A DNA stretch of 64,000 bases from an uncultured bacterium (GTDB taxonomy: Bacteria > Patescibacteriota > Minisyncoccia > Phycocordibacterales > GWA1-40-21): assembly GCA_963798465.1 (NCBI GenBank), contig CAWCTC010000001.1:528465-592464 (forward strand), read 5' to 3'. Below are positions 29,081 to 38,031 of this stretch, piece by piece; position 1 is the stretch's first letter; each line of letters starts with the position of its first letter. The notes beneath the pieces were generated by a model. The model searched no databases. It saw nothing but the letters and a program-made list of their open reading frames with translations, and had not been told where the DNA came from. Both the position numbers and the translations under genes were made by a program.

Positions 29081-29694
29081 TTATCTGCTGTAATATTGAA
29101 ATATCTGGGAAACATCAAACGACAATTCATTTTCTGGAATTTTCGGAAGCCCTTGCACTTTAGCTTCTTTCTTTTCGGCATTTAAAGCGAGCCATGAAGG
29201 GATTTTTTGTTCTTTCAATTTTTCATTCAACATTTGCAAACAAAGCTTTCTTTTTGCTGTTCTCTCTTATTGTAATGATATCTCCGACTTTCAAAGAATA
29301 TGATGGAATGGTATTTCTCTTTCCGTTCACATTTATATGTCCGTGATTTACCATTTGTCTTGCAGCTTGTCTGGTTGGTGCAAAACCCAATCTGTAAATC
29401 GCATTGTCCAATCTTATTTCAAGCGCTTGAACCAAAGCTTCATTTATATTTATATCTGCACCTTTTTTTGCCAAAACTTTTTCAACTAAATTTTTAAATT
29501 GTCTTTCTCCAATGACCGTAAGTGAATCTGGCTCTTTGTTTTTCAATAAGCTGCAAGCCAAAATCTGATCCGGCTCTTTTTGTCCTTTTTACATCCTTTG
29601 AGCCTGCTCTCATGGCATATTTTTGAGATTGCGTTTTATCATAAACGCTTGTTCCCAATCTTCTTGCTATTTTGTATCTTGGTCCTGTTATCAT
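29081..29694 (-). pseudogene. rpsD: 30S ribosomal protein S4, two single-base frame breaks
   Basis: There are three pieces: 29494..29694 (MITGPRYKIARRLG..RARFTYG), 29223..29561 (..IGERQFKNLVEKV..) and a C-terminal piece read by me (LNEKLKEQKIPSWLALNAEKKEAKVQGLPKIPENELSFDVSQIFQYYSR*, stop at 29081-83). The span is 614 nt, which is 612 plus 2. Confidence 0.88.
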
Positions 29695-29713
29695 AATTTA
29701 TTTAAATTTTATT

Positions 29714-30103
29714 TTATACTCTTCTTGGTTTCTTAGGCTTAGGTCCGTTGTGAGGCACGGGCGTTTCATCTTTTATATTCGTAATATTTATTCCTTTTGA
29801 AATAAAACCTCTGATTGCCGATTCTCTTCCAGATCCGACTCCTTTTACGACAACATCGATTTCTTTTACTCCGAGGTTTGCCGCTTTTTCACCGAGTGTT
29901 TCTCCAACTTTTGCCGCTGCAAACGGCGTTCCTTTTTTTGCACCTTTGAATCCAAGCGCGCCTGCAGAAGATGCCATGAGTGCATTTCCTTTTTTATCGG
30001 TCAAAAGCACCATCGTATTATTGTATGTTGATTGGACATACAAAATGCCAGAATCAACTCTTTTCTTTGAGCTGACTTTTACTTCAGCTTCCGGATTTAG
30101 CAC
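29714..30103 (-). CDS. rpsK: 30S ribosomal protein S11 (GTG start as drawn; an upstream ATG at 30149 in another frame suggests a possible extra base)
   Basis: ..SGILYVQSTYNNTMVLLTD..TPFAAAKVGE..NITNIKDETPVPHNGPKPKKPRRV. The upstream out-of-frame ORF MGKKRIATTENKKAEGAKSGS* looks like a genuine S11 N-terminus. Confidence 0.9.
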   Translation of the reverse strand: MLNPEAEVKVSSKKRVDSGILYVQSTYNNTMVLLTDKKGNALMASSAGALGFKGAKKGTPFAAAKVGETLGEKAANLGVKEIDVVVKGVGSGRESAIRGFISKGINITNIKDETPVPHNGPKPKKPRRV

Positions 30104-30177
30104 CCTCGGCTTTTTTATTTTCTGTTGTTGCTATTCGTTTCTTACCCATTGTTCGTTATGTATATTATTGTATTAAA

Positions 30178-30558
30178 TTATTTTTTGTCAGGAGCTTTTC
30201 TTCCGGTTCCCATCGTCTTCCTGGTATTTCCTCTCAAAGTTCTGGAGTTGGTTTTTGTTCTCTGGCCTCTTGACGGAAGTTTTCTCGCGTGCCTGTTTCC
30301 TCTGTAACTTTTTATATCTTTCAATCTTTTTATATTTGCGCCGACTTCTCTTTTTAAATCTCCTTCGATTTTTCTGCTTTCGACAATTTGTCTGACTTTT
30401 GATTCTTCTTCCGGAGTTATATCCGTCGGCTTTTTGTTTTCATCAACTTTTGCTTCCAAAAGAATTTTTCTAGCCAAAGAACGTCCAACGCCGTAAAGCA
30501 CTGTGAGTCCGACTTTCAATCTTTTATTGTCTGGAATTGTAATACCTGCTATACGCAT
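30178..30558 (-). CDS. rpsM: 30S ribosomal protein S13
   Basis: MRIAGITIPDNKRLKVGLTVLYGVGRSLARKIL..; 126 aa. Confidence 0.97.
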   Translation of the reverse strand: MRIAGITIPDNKRLKVGLTVLYGVGRSLARKILLEAKVDENKKPTDITPEEESKVRQIVESRKIEGDLKREVGANIKRLKDIKSYRGNRHARKLPSRGQRTKTNSRTLRGNTRKTMGTGRKAPDKK

Positions 30559-30614
30559 AAAATTATTATAAGAAATACTAGATTAGCATTTCTATCATTA
30601 AAAATCAACTGTTT

Positions 30615-30731
30615 TTAACCTTGTCTTTGCTTGTGCCTAGGGTTTGATGTACATGTAACATAAACTCGACCCTTTCTTCTGACGGTTCTGCATTTTGCAC
30701 AAATTTTTTTGACTGAAGCTTTTACTTTCAT
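30615..30731 (-). CDS. rpmJ: 50S ribosomal protein L36
   Basis: Own translation gives [38 protein letters not shown] (38 aa, below the ORF-track cutoff). It lies between infA and rpsM. Confidence 0.93.
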   Translation of the reverse strand: MKVKASVKKICAKCRTVRRKGRVYVTCTSNPRHKQRQG

Positions 30732-30736
30732 ATTAT

Positions 30737-30958
30737 TTATATTCTTCTTATTATTCTTCCTTTTCCACCATATTCATCCAGCAAGACTTCCACTTTATCT
30801 CCTATCAGAATTTTTATTCTGTGGAGTCTCATTTTTCCGGCCAAATAACATAGGAGTTCTCCTTTTTCGCCGTCAAGTTGAACCTTGAATAGCGTATTTG
30901 GAAAAGCTTCTAACACTATTCCCGTAGCCGTTTGCTTAATTTTCTGTGGTGTTTGCAT
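30737..30958 (-). CDS. infA: Translation initiation factor IF-1
   Basis: 73 aa with an S1-like fold (..[46 protein letters not shown]..). Confidence 0.95.
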   Translation of the reverse strand: MQTPQKIKQTATGIVLEAFPNTLFKVQLDGEKGELLCYLAGKMRLHRIKILIGDKVEVLLDEYGGKGRIIRRI

Positions 30959-31048
30959 TTTTAAATATACAATGTTTGATATGGTATCAAAAAATCCATA
31001 ATAGTCAAGGATGTCCGGTAATTTTATAGTTATTCAGCTGGACAAAAG

Positions 31049-32431
31049 CTAATTTGCATTACCTCTGATAGTATCGATAATTTTTATTTTGTTTGCGTCA
31101 TCAGGAAAAGTGCTTCTCCACATGGGCCTTATCGTCGCCTGTATCTGAGACAAAGTGCTCGTGCTATTTTCCATGACTGAATCAATCACGGATTTGTCCT
31201 GGCCGACTATTGCATTCAATATTGAGCTCGGATCAAATTGCCAAACGACTTCAGCAGGACCGAAAAACTTGGCGCTGAGAGAATTTTCTGTCCAAGGCTC
31301 GGCGGTAGAACCTGATATTGTTACGATATCGCTGTCGTCCCATAGCACATCAACTTTTGAATTGTCGAAACCCGTTATTTTATTTTGAGCTATGAATTCT
31401 GACAATTCATTTTTATCGAACATGATTGCATATATGGAACATTCTTCGGTAATTTTATAATCACTTGCAGAAATATCATCCGGCAAATCGCTGCACTCCG
31501 TATAATAATCGTCTTTGAATAATATATATTCATCGGTCTGAGTCGCATACGCTTCCTTCACGAGTTCATCCTTCAAAGTATTCTGCAAATCTGTTCTTCC
31601 GGATTGCAAAACATCACTTGCAACTGTTTTGACATTTCCGGTCAAACCGCCTTCGATGTCGGAACTGAACTTCGCATAAAATGCTACATATTTATCGCTT
31701 CCGGAAAATCCTGGAATTGTCAAAGTCCCGCTTGCGTCAGAAAGTTTCGTATTATAAGTATCTCCTGCCTGGTCCGCGATTATGTCAACTTCGATTGATC
31801 CCGGAGTTTTTACTCCATTGACGGTCGTATCACCTGGAACATCGACTGAATTTCTTATCCTGTAAATCAAACCGCTTTTCGTTTCTAATCTTGTATTTAT
31901 AATGAGCCTTTGAACAGCAGAACTGTATGAATTGTATATTATGGCTTTTCCAGTGGCTTTTTCCGCAGAATATTGCTGTCCGTTCGTATCAAGGCTTTTT
32001 GATAAATCCTGAGTAGTGCTCGCTACTTCATAATGCAGTCCGCTCACAGTTTTGTCCGGAGAAATATTGTATGAATCGTTCAAAGAAATCGTCTGATTTT
32101 TTGGAGTGACGTCAAGTGTCGCTGTGGCAAACGCAGATGACAGGAAAAAAAGAAGAGTTGCGATGGCAGCTATGCATATTATCCAGAGCAGAATCAGAGA
32201 ATCCTTCGTGACATGCTTTTTTTCTTCAAGATATTCCAAACCATTGTCATAATTTTCTTCAATATTTTTTGGTGCGACCTTATTTATATTTATCGTATCA
32301 TCCGTTTTTTTTATTTTATCTACAGGTTTTTTATTTTCAGCATAAAAACCATCTCTGACGTCGCTTCTCTTGACCATCCTGATGCTTTTTTTGACTACAT
32401 ATATGTCTTGGATCATTTTTTTCGGAGGCAT
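31049..32431 (-). CDS. Membrane-anchored protein of unknown function (460 aa)
   Basis: A basic cytoplasmic N-terminus, one TM helix (LILLWIICIAAIATLLFFLSSAF), and a large extracytoplasmic domain. I recognise no motif. Confidence 0.55.
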   Translation of the reverse strand: MPPKKMIQDIYVVKKSIRMVKRSDVRDGFYAENKKPVDKIKKTDDTININKVAPKNIEENYDNGLEYLEEKKHVTKDSLILLWIICIAAIATLLFFLSSAFATATLDVTPKNQTISLNDSYNISPDKTVSGLHYEVASTTQDLSKSLDTNGQQYSAEKATGKAIIYNSYSSAVQRLIINTRLETKSGLIYRIRNSVDVPGDTTVNGVKTPGSIEVDIIADQAGDTYNTKLSDASGTLTIPGFSGSDKYVAFYAKFSSDIEGGLTGNVKTVASDVLQSGRTDLQNTLKDELVKEAYATQTDEYILFKDDYYTECSDLPDDISASDYKITEECSIYAIMFDKNELSEFIAQNKITGFDNSKVDVLWDDSDIVTISGSTAEPWTENSLSAKFFGPAEVVWQFDPSSILNAIVGQDKSVIDSVMENSTSTLSQIQATIRPMWRSTFPDDANKIKIIDTIRGNAN

Positions 32432-32467
32432 GTTTTTTTGAATGAATTAGATTATTTTATTGACTGC

Positions 32468-33655
32468 TTATAATTTTAACATTTTATCTAAAAATATAAC
32501 ATCCATCTTTATATGCGGTTCGTTCGGAAAAACTTTGCCATTTAAAATTAAGCTGTCGAATACTCCTTCAACAATCGACGTTATTTCTATTTTTGATTCA
32601 AGCAGCTCAAATTGCTTTCCATCTTCTTTATTCGACAAAACTTTTACAAGTATTTCTGATACGACACTGTTCGGAACGATAAATAAATTATTTGGAATAT
32701 TCATTTCAGTGCAGATTTTTGGCAACACGTCTTTAAACTTGTTCATCCAAGCTTCAAAGCCGAATTTTAACATGTCTTCGCCATTGTTATGTGATGTCAG
32801 ATCGAAATTTTTGTCATTGCCAATACTCAGATGAGACATAAAAATATCTTTTGAAAGATTTGTTTTTGACAAAGAAGTTCGTATAATATTTCCCTCGCCA
32901 AACGGAAACGAAGCTACACCAAATATAATATCGTCACGCACAACATAAATGTCTGTGATAAATTTTCCTATATCGACATAAATAAAATTATTCTTGTCCG
33001 AATATAAATCCCTGAAAAAATTATATGATGACAATATGCAAGAATTATTCTGCATTTTTATATGTCTGCCGATTTTTTCATCCACATATGACGATAACTT
33101 AGATTTAATTTCATAAGGTATAAAGGAGATAAAAAGTTCAATGGCCAAATCCATGGTTTTTTTGCCAAAAATATTACTTACTTTGTAACCATTTATTTTT
33201 GATTGAATAATCTTTTCTTCCAAAACTTTCCAATCCGGCTGGTCCGTTTCTTCTTGGAGACTTTTTTCCACTGAAAATTCTTCGCCGACGATTATTTTGC
33301 TGAGCAAAGCATTGTTTATTTCAAACGGCCTGTCTTTGATAATTTTTATGGTTTTGCTTTGAGAAACAGTCCAAGGCGAACCGATGAAAAAACGATAATC
33401 TTTTATTTTTTCCTTATTTCCGATTTTTATCAGGCTTTTTTTCAGAGAAGAAACAGAATCGTCCAAAGTTTTGATCATCAATGAAGAATATTTGCTGTAA
33501 TCTTGAGAATCCTGATATTGGATTTCAAAATTCTGGCATAATATAATTTCAGGCTTTTTATCATTTTCAAATTTTACCGCTGAAACTGATATAGAAGAAT
33601 CCCTTATATCAAATACGAATGACAAGAAGGGTTTATTTTTGAAGAAAAAACTCAT
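32468..33655 (-). CDS. Hypothetical protein, possibly a divergent actin-like ATPase (PilM/FtsA-like)
   Basis: 395 aa. The N-terminal strand pattern FLSFVFDIRDSSISVSAVKF resembles phosphate-1 of PilM/FtsA. The assignment is weak. Confidence 0.4.
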   Translation of the reverse strand: MSFFFKNKPFLSFVFDIRDSSISVSAVKFENDKKPEIILCQNFEIQYQDSQDYSKYSSLMIKTLDDSVSSLKKSLIKIGNKEKIKDYRFFIGSPWTVSQSKTIKIIKDRPFEINNALLSKIIVGEEFSVEKSLQEETDQPDWKVLEEKIIQSKINGYKVSNIFGKKTMDLAIELFISFIPYEIKSKLSSYVDEKIGRHIKMQNNSCILSSYNFFRDLYSDKNNFIYVDIGKFITDIYVVRDDIIFGVASFPFGEGNIIRTSLSKTNLSKDIFMSHLSIGNDKNFDLTSHNNGEDMLKFGFEAWMNKFKDVLPKICTEMNIPNNLFIVPNSVVSEILVKVLSNKEDGKQFELLESKIEITSIVEGVFDSLILNGKVFPNEPHIKMDVIFLDKMLKL

Positions 33656-33695
33656 ATGAGCAGTATTATAATATGTAGCGCCTGTAAGTGCAATG

Positions 33696-33738
33696 ATAAA
33701 GAGCGGATTTTTTGCTTCGAAAAAAATCTGCTCTTTAT
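33696..33738 (-). terminator. Rho-independent terminator after alaS
   Basis: In minus sense: ATAAAGAGCAGATTTTT-TTCGAAGC-AAAAATCCGCTCTTTAT. Confidence 0.7.
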
Positions 33739-33748
33739 CAAAAATTAA

Positions 33749-35647
33749 TTATTCCAAAATCGCTTTTATTCTTCTAACACCAGCGCTTGAGGCTTCTTCC
33801 TTCACAATTTTAAAATGTCCAAGCTCGCTTGTATTTTTCACATGAGGACCTCCGCAAAATTCCACATCAAAATTCCCCACTTTGTAGACTTTTACAATAT
33901 CGCCATATTTTGACAGATCAAATGAAAGAACGGTACAGATTTTCTTTGCTTCTTCTTTTGGAAGTTCAAACATTTCAACCGGAATTTTCTCGGCAATTTT
34001 TTCATTGACCAAATCTTCAACTTTTTTAAGTTGTTCAGGCGTAAGTTTTTCCGGCCAATTAAAATCAAAACGCATTCTTTCCGCCGTAATATTGCTTCCC
34101 TTTTGCACAATTTCTGCATTCAAAACTTTTCTCAAAGCGCCGAGAAGCAAGTGCGTTGCCGTGTGGTATTTTGTTTCCTGTTCGCCAGTGCTTGCAAGTC
34201 CGCCTTTGAATTTTTGTTCAGAACCTGCTTTAGAAATTTCTTGGTGCTTTTTAAATTCTCTATCAAAACCATCTATGTCGACAATCATTCCTTTTTCCTT
34301 AGCAATTTCTATCGTTAATTCAATAGGAAAACCAAAAGTTGTAAATAATCTAAAAGCTATTACTCCAGGAATTTTTTTAGGCATATTTTCAAGTTGTTTA
34401 CCTAATTGTTGGTTTATTTCTTCATTAGAAATTTCCGCATCATATATTCCACTAGTTGGACCAATGATAAATTTTTCAAACTCCTTCAAACCGTTCGTCA
34501 AAGTTTTTCTGAATTTTTCTTCCTCCATCTCGATTTCTTTGAAAATATTTTCCGACTGAGTTGCGAGATTCGGATATGCCGACATATTTTGTTCGACAAA
34601 CATTTGAGAAATATAAACAAGATCGCTTTGATCGGTTTTGTTTTCTTGAACCAAGCCGATTTGGTCCACACATCTGACTGCTCTCCTCAAAAGTCTTCGC
34701 AAGACATAACCTTGCTCGGTATTTGAAGGAGTGACGCCATCGGAAATTATAAAAGTTGCTGCGCGGACATGGTCGGCAATTATTCTTGCAGATTTTTCAT
34801 TATAATTTTTTGCGAGTTTTTTAATTTCGGCGATTACGGGTTCAAAAATATCAGTTTCAAAAACATTATCTTTTCCTTGCATGACTACGGAAGTTCTTTC
34901 AAGACCCATTCCGGTATCGACATTCTGCTTTGCGAGTTTTTCATATTTTCCATCGGCGGTTTTATTGAACTCCATGAAAACATTGTTCCAGATTTCAATA
35001 ATTCTTCCGGACTTTACAAGCTCTTGAAAATTTCCTTCAACTTTTCCTTTTCCGACGACATCATAAAACATTTCAGTGTCTCCTCCGCATGGGCCAGTTT
35101 GTCCTGCAATCCAAAAATTATCCGCTTTTCCAAGAGGAATAATTCTGACATCATCTTTTATTTTTTCATCAGCTTCGGCGACATCGGCACTGATTCCGAA
35201 TTTTGAAAAATTTTCTTTCCAAACAGCGATTGATTCTTCGTCGCGAGGTATTCCATCTTCGCCGCGGAATACCGTGACATAAAGCCTTTTTGGATCAAGT
35301 CCGAGACCTTCTTCTTTGCTTGTCAAAAATTCCAAGCTCCAGGCGATTGCAGCTTTTTTAAAATAATCTCCGAGCGACCAATTGCCCATCATTTCAAAGA
35401 AAGTAAGGTGGCGATTGTCACCAACATCTTCAATATCGCCAGTTCTGACGCATTTCTGGACATCAACGAGGCGCATTCCGGCTGGATGCTTTTGTCCCAA
35501 AAGATAAGGAACGAGTGGCTGCATTCCGGCAGTTATAAAAAGAGACGATGGATCATTTTCTGGAACAAGCGGAGCAGAAGGAATTATTGTGTGTCCTCTT
35601 TTCTCGAAAAATTTTAAATACCTTTGGCGGATTTCGTTTGATAACAT
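33749..35647 (-). CDS. alaS: Alanyl-tRNA synthetase, short form (about 632 aa from ATG 35647; the ORF track starts at TTG 35665)
   Basis: MLSNEIRQRYLKFFEKRGHTIIPSAPL.., an editing-domain HxxxH (TKYHTATHLL), and CGGPHV. The usual C-terminal C-Ala domain is absent. Confidence 0.93.
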   Translation of the reverse strand: MLSNEIRQRYLKFFEKRGHTIIPSAPLVPENDPSSLFITAGMQPLVPYLLGQKHPAGMRLVDVQKCVRTGDIEDVGDNRHLTFFEMMGNWSLGDYFKKAAIAWSLEFLTSKEEGLGLDPKRLYVTVFRGEDGIPRDEESIAVWKENFSKFGISADVAEADEKIKDDVRIIPLGKADNFWIAGQTGPCGGDTEMFYDVVGKGKVEGNFQELVKSGRIIEIWNNVFMEFNKTADGKYEKLAKQNVDTGMGLERTSVVMQGKDNVFETDIFEPVIAEIKKLAKNYNEKSARIIADHVRAATFIISDGVTPSNTEQGYVLRRLLRRAVRCVDQIGLVQENKTDQSDLVYISQMFVEQNMSAYPNLATQSENIFKEIEMEEEKFRKTLTNGLKEFEKFIIGPTSGIYDAEISNEEINQQLGKQLENMPKKIPGVIAFRLFTTFGFPIELTIEIAKEKGMIVDIDGFDREFKKHQEISKAGSEQKFKGGLASTGEQETKYHTATHLLLGALRKVLNAEIVQKGSNITAERMRFDFNWPEKLTPEQLKKVEDLVNEKIAEKIPVEMFELPKEEAKKICTVLSFDLSKYGDIVKVYKVGNFDVEFCGGPHVKNTSELGHFKIVKEEASSAGVRRIKAILE

Positions 35648-35676
35648 AAGAAAAATATAACACAATTTTTTACATT

Positions 35677-35714
35677 AAAAAAGGCGGGTTTCGCGAAGCG
35701 AAACCCGCCTTTTT
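35677..35714. terminator. Bidirectional rho-independent terminator
   Basis: AAAAAAGGCGGGTTTCGC-GAA-GCGAAACCCGCCTTTTT. Confidence 0.85.
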
Positions 35715-35717
35715 AAT

Positions 35718-36299
35718 TTATTTTTCAAATCTTTTTTCCACTTCCTTCCAATTTATATTTTCCACAAATACATTTATATAGGCAGCTCTTTTAATTCCAT
35801 AGTCCGTCATGTAAGCATGTTCAAAAACATCCATCACAAGGAGCGGCACAGCTCCTGCAAAATGACCGACGTCGTGCTCGTTGATCCAGACATTGAACAA
35901 TCTTCCGGTTTCGGCATCATGATACAAAACTACCCAGCCGATTCCTCGCATCGCTGCCATTGATCTGAAATCTTTTTCCCAAAATTCAATCGAGCCAAAT
36001 TCTTTTATAATACTTTTGGACAATTCGGAATCTTTTTCCATCGGAACAAAATTTTCCGTCATGTTTCCAAAATAAAGTTCATGCAATCTCATGCCGTTCC
36101 ATTCCCAGCCAAGTCGGCGATTTAATTCCGCATATTCTGGCGTGCCAAATTTGTCGTCTTTTTCCATAGCAACTAAAATATCATTTAACTTATTGAAATT
36201 GGTAACGTAACCAGCATAAAGCGTAAAATGATTTGAAAGCATTGTATCGCTCAAACCTTTTATTCCAAGCAAACTATTAAAATCTTTTTGTAAGTACAT
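35718..36299 (-). CDS. Fe/Mn-type superoxide dismutase family protein
   Basis: 193 aa. The four metal-ligand positions can be aligned by eye (NHF.., LHELYF, DVFEHAYM). Confidence 0.8.
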   Translation of the reverse strand: MYLQKDFNSLLGIKGLSDTMLSNHFTLYAGYVTNFNKLNDILVAMEKDDKFGTPEYAELNRRLGWEWNGMRLHELYFGNMTENFVPMEKDSELSKSIIKEFGSIEFWEKDFRSMAAMRGIGWVVLYHDAETGRLFNVWINEHDVGHFAGAVPLLVMDVFEHAYMTDYGIKRAAYINVFVENINWKEVEKRFEK

Positions 36300-36307
36300 A
36301 TTTTTGT

Positions 36308-36380
36308 GTCATTCCCGCGGAGGTGGGAATCTATTCTTAAAAATTAATCAATGCTGGATTCCCACCTCCGCGGGAATGAC
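36308..36380. repeat. Head-to-head pair of B-type modules with 22-nt spacer
   Basis: GTCATTCCCGCGGAGGTGGGAATC ... CTGGATTCCCACCTCCGCGGGAATGAC. The 24-nt arms are exact complements, and each arm contains ATTCCC-N8-GGGAAT. Confidence 0.9.
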
Positions 36381-36394
36381 AATACAAAACGCAA

Positions 36395-36985
36395 CTAAAC
36401 TTTTTTCAAAATCTCAAAATCTTTTTTCAATAAATCTTTTTGATTCGGATTATAAACTGCAACACATGGATGATACAAACAAACTATTTTTATCGGACCA
36501 TATGAAGCTTGTGCATCAAATGACTTTCCGTGCATTTTGCTTATCGGCTCAATTTTATCACTAAGTCCGAACTTCTGCATTATGTATCCCATCGAATATC
36601 TACCGAGCGCGCAAATCACTTTTGGTTTGAGTATTTCTATCTGTCTGTCTAAAAATGGTCCGTAAATTTTAATTTCTTCGGGAAGCGGATCGCGATTTTG
36701 CTGAGGCCTGTCTTTAACAATATTCGTGATATAAACATCCTCGCGTTTTATTCCGGCATGAGCGAGCAATTCATCCAAAATTTTTCCTGCGGTTCCGCAA
36801 AAAGGCCCGCCGGTCTTCGCTTCATTTCTTCCAGGAGCTTCGCCGACAAACATAATTTTTGCATCATGACTTCCCTCTCCGATAACAGGAAAATATTTGT
36901 TCTCGATTCGATAAGAATATAGCGGAGATTCTTTCAAATTTAAAACCTCATCTTTTATTTTTCTTAGTTCGTCGGTTTTCGTCAT
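36395..36985 (-). CDS. Uracil-DNA glycosylase, family 4
   Basis: GEGSHDAKIMFVGEAPGRNEAKTGGPFCGTAGKILDELL and a C-terminal LYHPCVAVYNP block. Confidence 0.88.
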   Translation of the reverse strand: MTKTDELRKIKDEVLNLKESPLYSYRIENKYFPVIGEGSHDAKIMFVGEAPGRNEAKTGGPFCGTAGKILDELLAHAGIKREDVYITNIVKDRPQQNRDPLPEEIKIYGPFLDRQIEILKPKVICALGRYSMGYIMQKFGLSDKIEPISKMHGKSFDAQASYGPIKIVCLYHPCVAVYNPNQKDLLKKDFEILKKV

Positions 36986-36997
36986 TTTGGCAAATAA

Positions 36998-37864
36998 TTA
37001 TTTCTTTCCGAATTTTTCCCTGCAATGCTCGCAAAGTCCGTTCACTTCATCCTGGATAGATTTTATTTTTCTGTCATCAAAGTTGACGCTCTTCAATAAT
37101 TCGGTATTCAAAAGATTTTTGGACAATATTATTCCTTTTGAAAGAAACAGATTCTTATCAGATGTTGTCAGCGTCGTCAGAGCTGTCAGAGGAATAAGCT
37201 CGTATTTTTCTATCATGTCATGAAGATTATTGTCATAAGGATAATTCCATCCGACAAATTTTAAGGCAGGCTGGCATTGGCCATACTGAATAGCTGTCGC
37301 ACTGAATTTTGTATTTGTAATCACCCAGCCTTCGGTCAATTTTCTTTTTTCTCCGCCATAGAAATATTCCTGTCCAAAGATATCGTCGTATCTGGCTTTG
37401 ACATAAAGAACAATTTTCAAATCCGATTTCAGATTGAAATCTGTGTGGAATTTCGCTTCAACCATTATAAGCTCGCCCGGTTTCCAAGCAACTATGTCAA
37501 CTTCATGCGGAACGCATTTTCCCTGGACTATCTGATCCGTCAAAGTTTCATAGCCTTCAGCTTTAAAAATCTCTGCAACAAATTTTTCAAAAGGAAAACC
37601 TGTCGGACCAAGCTGGGCTATGGCTTTTTTTAAAGAATATCTGACGGCGATAGGCCTCTGGTTTTTTTTCAAAATTGAAAAAGCCTGCCTGTAAATATCT
37701 TGAGTTGAAACAACCAGTTTTGTTTTTGCTTCCAAACTTATTTCAGATACGACGCGAGAAATAAGATCATCCGTCGCACCGGCTTTCTTTAGAGACATTT
37801 CAAGCTTTTTGTAATCAAAAAGCTCTTTTTCTCCATTATTTTTTATAACGTAAAATTCATTCAT
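36998..37864 (-). CDS. ATP-cone domain fused to a PD-(D/E)xK (Mrr-like restriction endonuclease) domain
   Basis: N-terminal VIKNNGEKELFDYKKLEMSLKKAG (ATP-cone-like). The central FEKFVAEIFKAEGYE..HEVDIVAWKPGELIMVEAKFH gives a D..E-x-K arrangement. There is a C-terminal CxxC. Confidence 0.65.
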   Translation of the reverse strand: MNEFYVIKNNGEKELFDYKKLEMSLKKAGATDDLISRVVSEISLEAKTKLVVSTQDIYRQAFSILKKNQRPIAVRYSLKKAIAQLGPTGFPFEKFVAEIFKAEGYETLTDQIVQGKCVPHEVDIVAWKPGELIMVEAKFHTDFNLKSDLKIVLYVKARYDDIFGQEYFYGGEKRKLTEGWVITNTKFSATAIQYGQCQPALKFVGWNYPYDNNLHDMIEKYELIPLTALTTLTTSDKNLFLSKGIILSKNLLNTELLKSVNFDDRKIKSIQDEVNGLCEHCREKFGKK

Positions 37865-37873
37865 GAGATTTAT

Positions 37874-38001
37874 CCGAGAAAATTTTTGTTGATGAAAATG
37901 TGTTGATGTTATATGACTTATACTTTTATGCAGATTTATCTTTTAAAAATGGTTCCTCTATCAGTTAATCATTTTCAACACGTCAACAAAAACTTTAACG
38001 G
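37874..38001 (+). repeat. MITE-like element, family C, copy 3 (divergent interior, longer inverted termini)
   Basis: CCGAGAAAATTTTTGTTGATGAAAATG ... CATTTTCAACACGTCAACAAAAACTTTAACGG. It begins 9 nt from the start codon of the ATP-cone/Mrr gene. Confidence 0.8.
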
Positions 38002-38031
38002 ACTAATAATAACAAAGATTGCTGCCGTCTG

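Noticed and set aside
27168-30149. Programmed ribosomal frameshifting in rplM, rpoA, rpsD and rpsK
   Set aside because: There are no slippery heptamers or downstream structures at the shift sites. The breaks fall inside universally conserved motifs (for example GYGxTLGN of rpoA) and are repaired by deleting one arbitrary base. The same kind of lesion occurs in unrelated genes.
29714-30149. Calling rpsK a definite pseudogene
   Set aside because: The GTG at 30103 gives an S11 of normal length (129 aa, the same spacing to the conserved NNT motif as in E. coli). The upstream ATG ORF in another frame is suggestive of an extra base but not conclusive.
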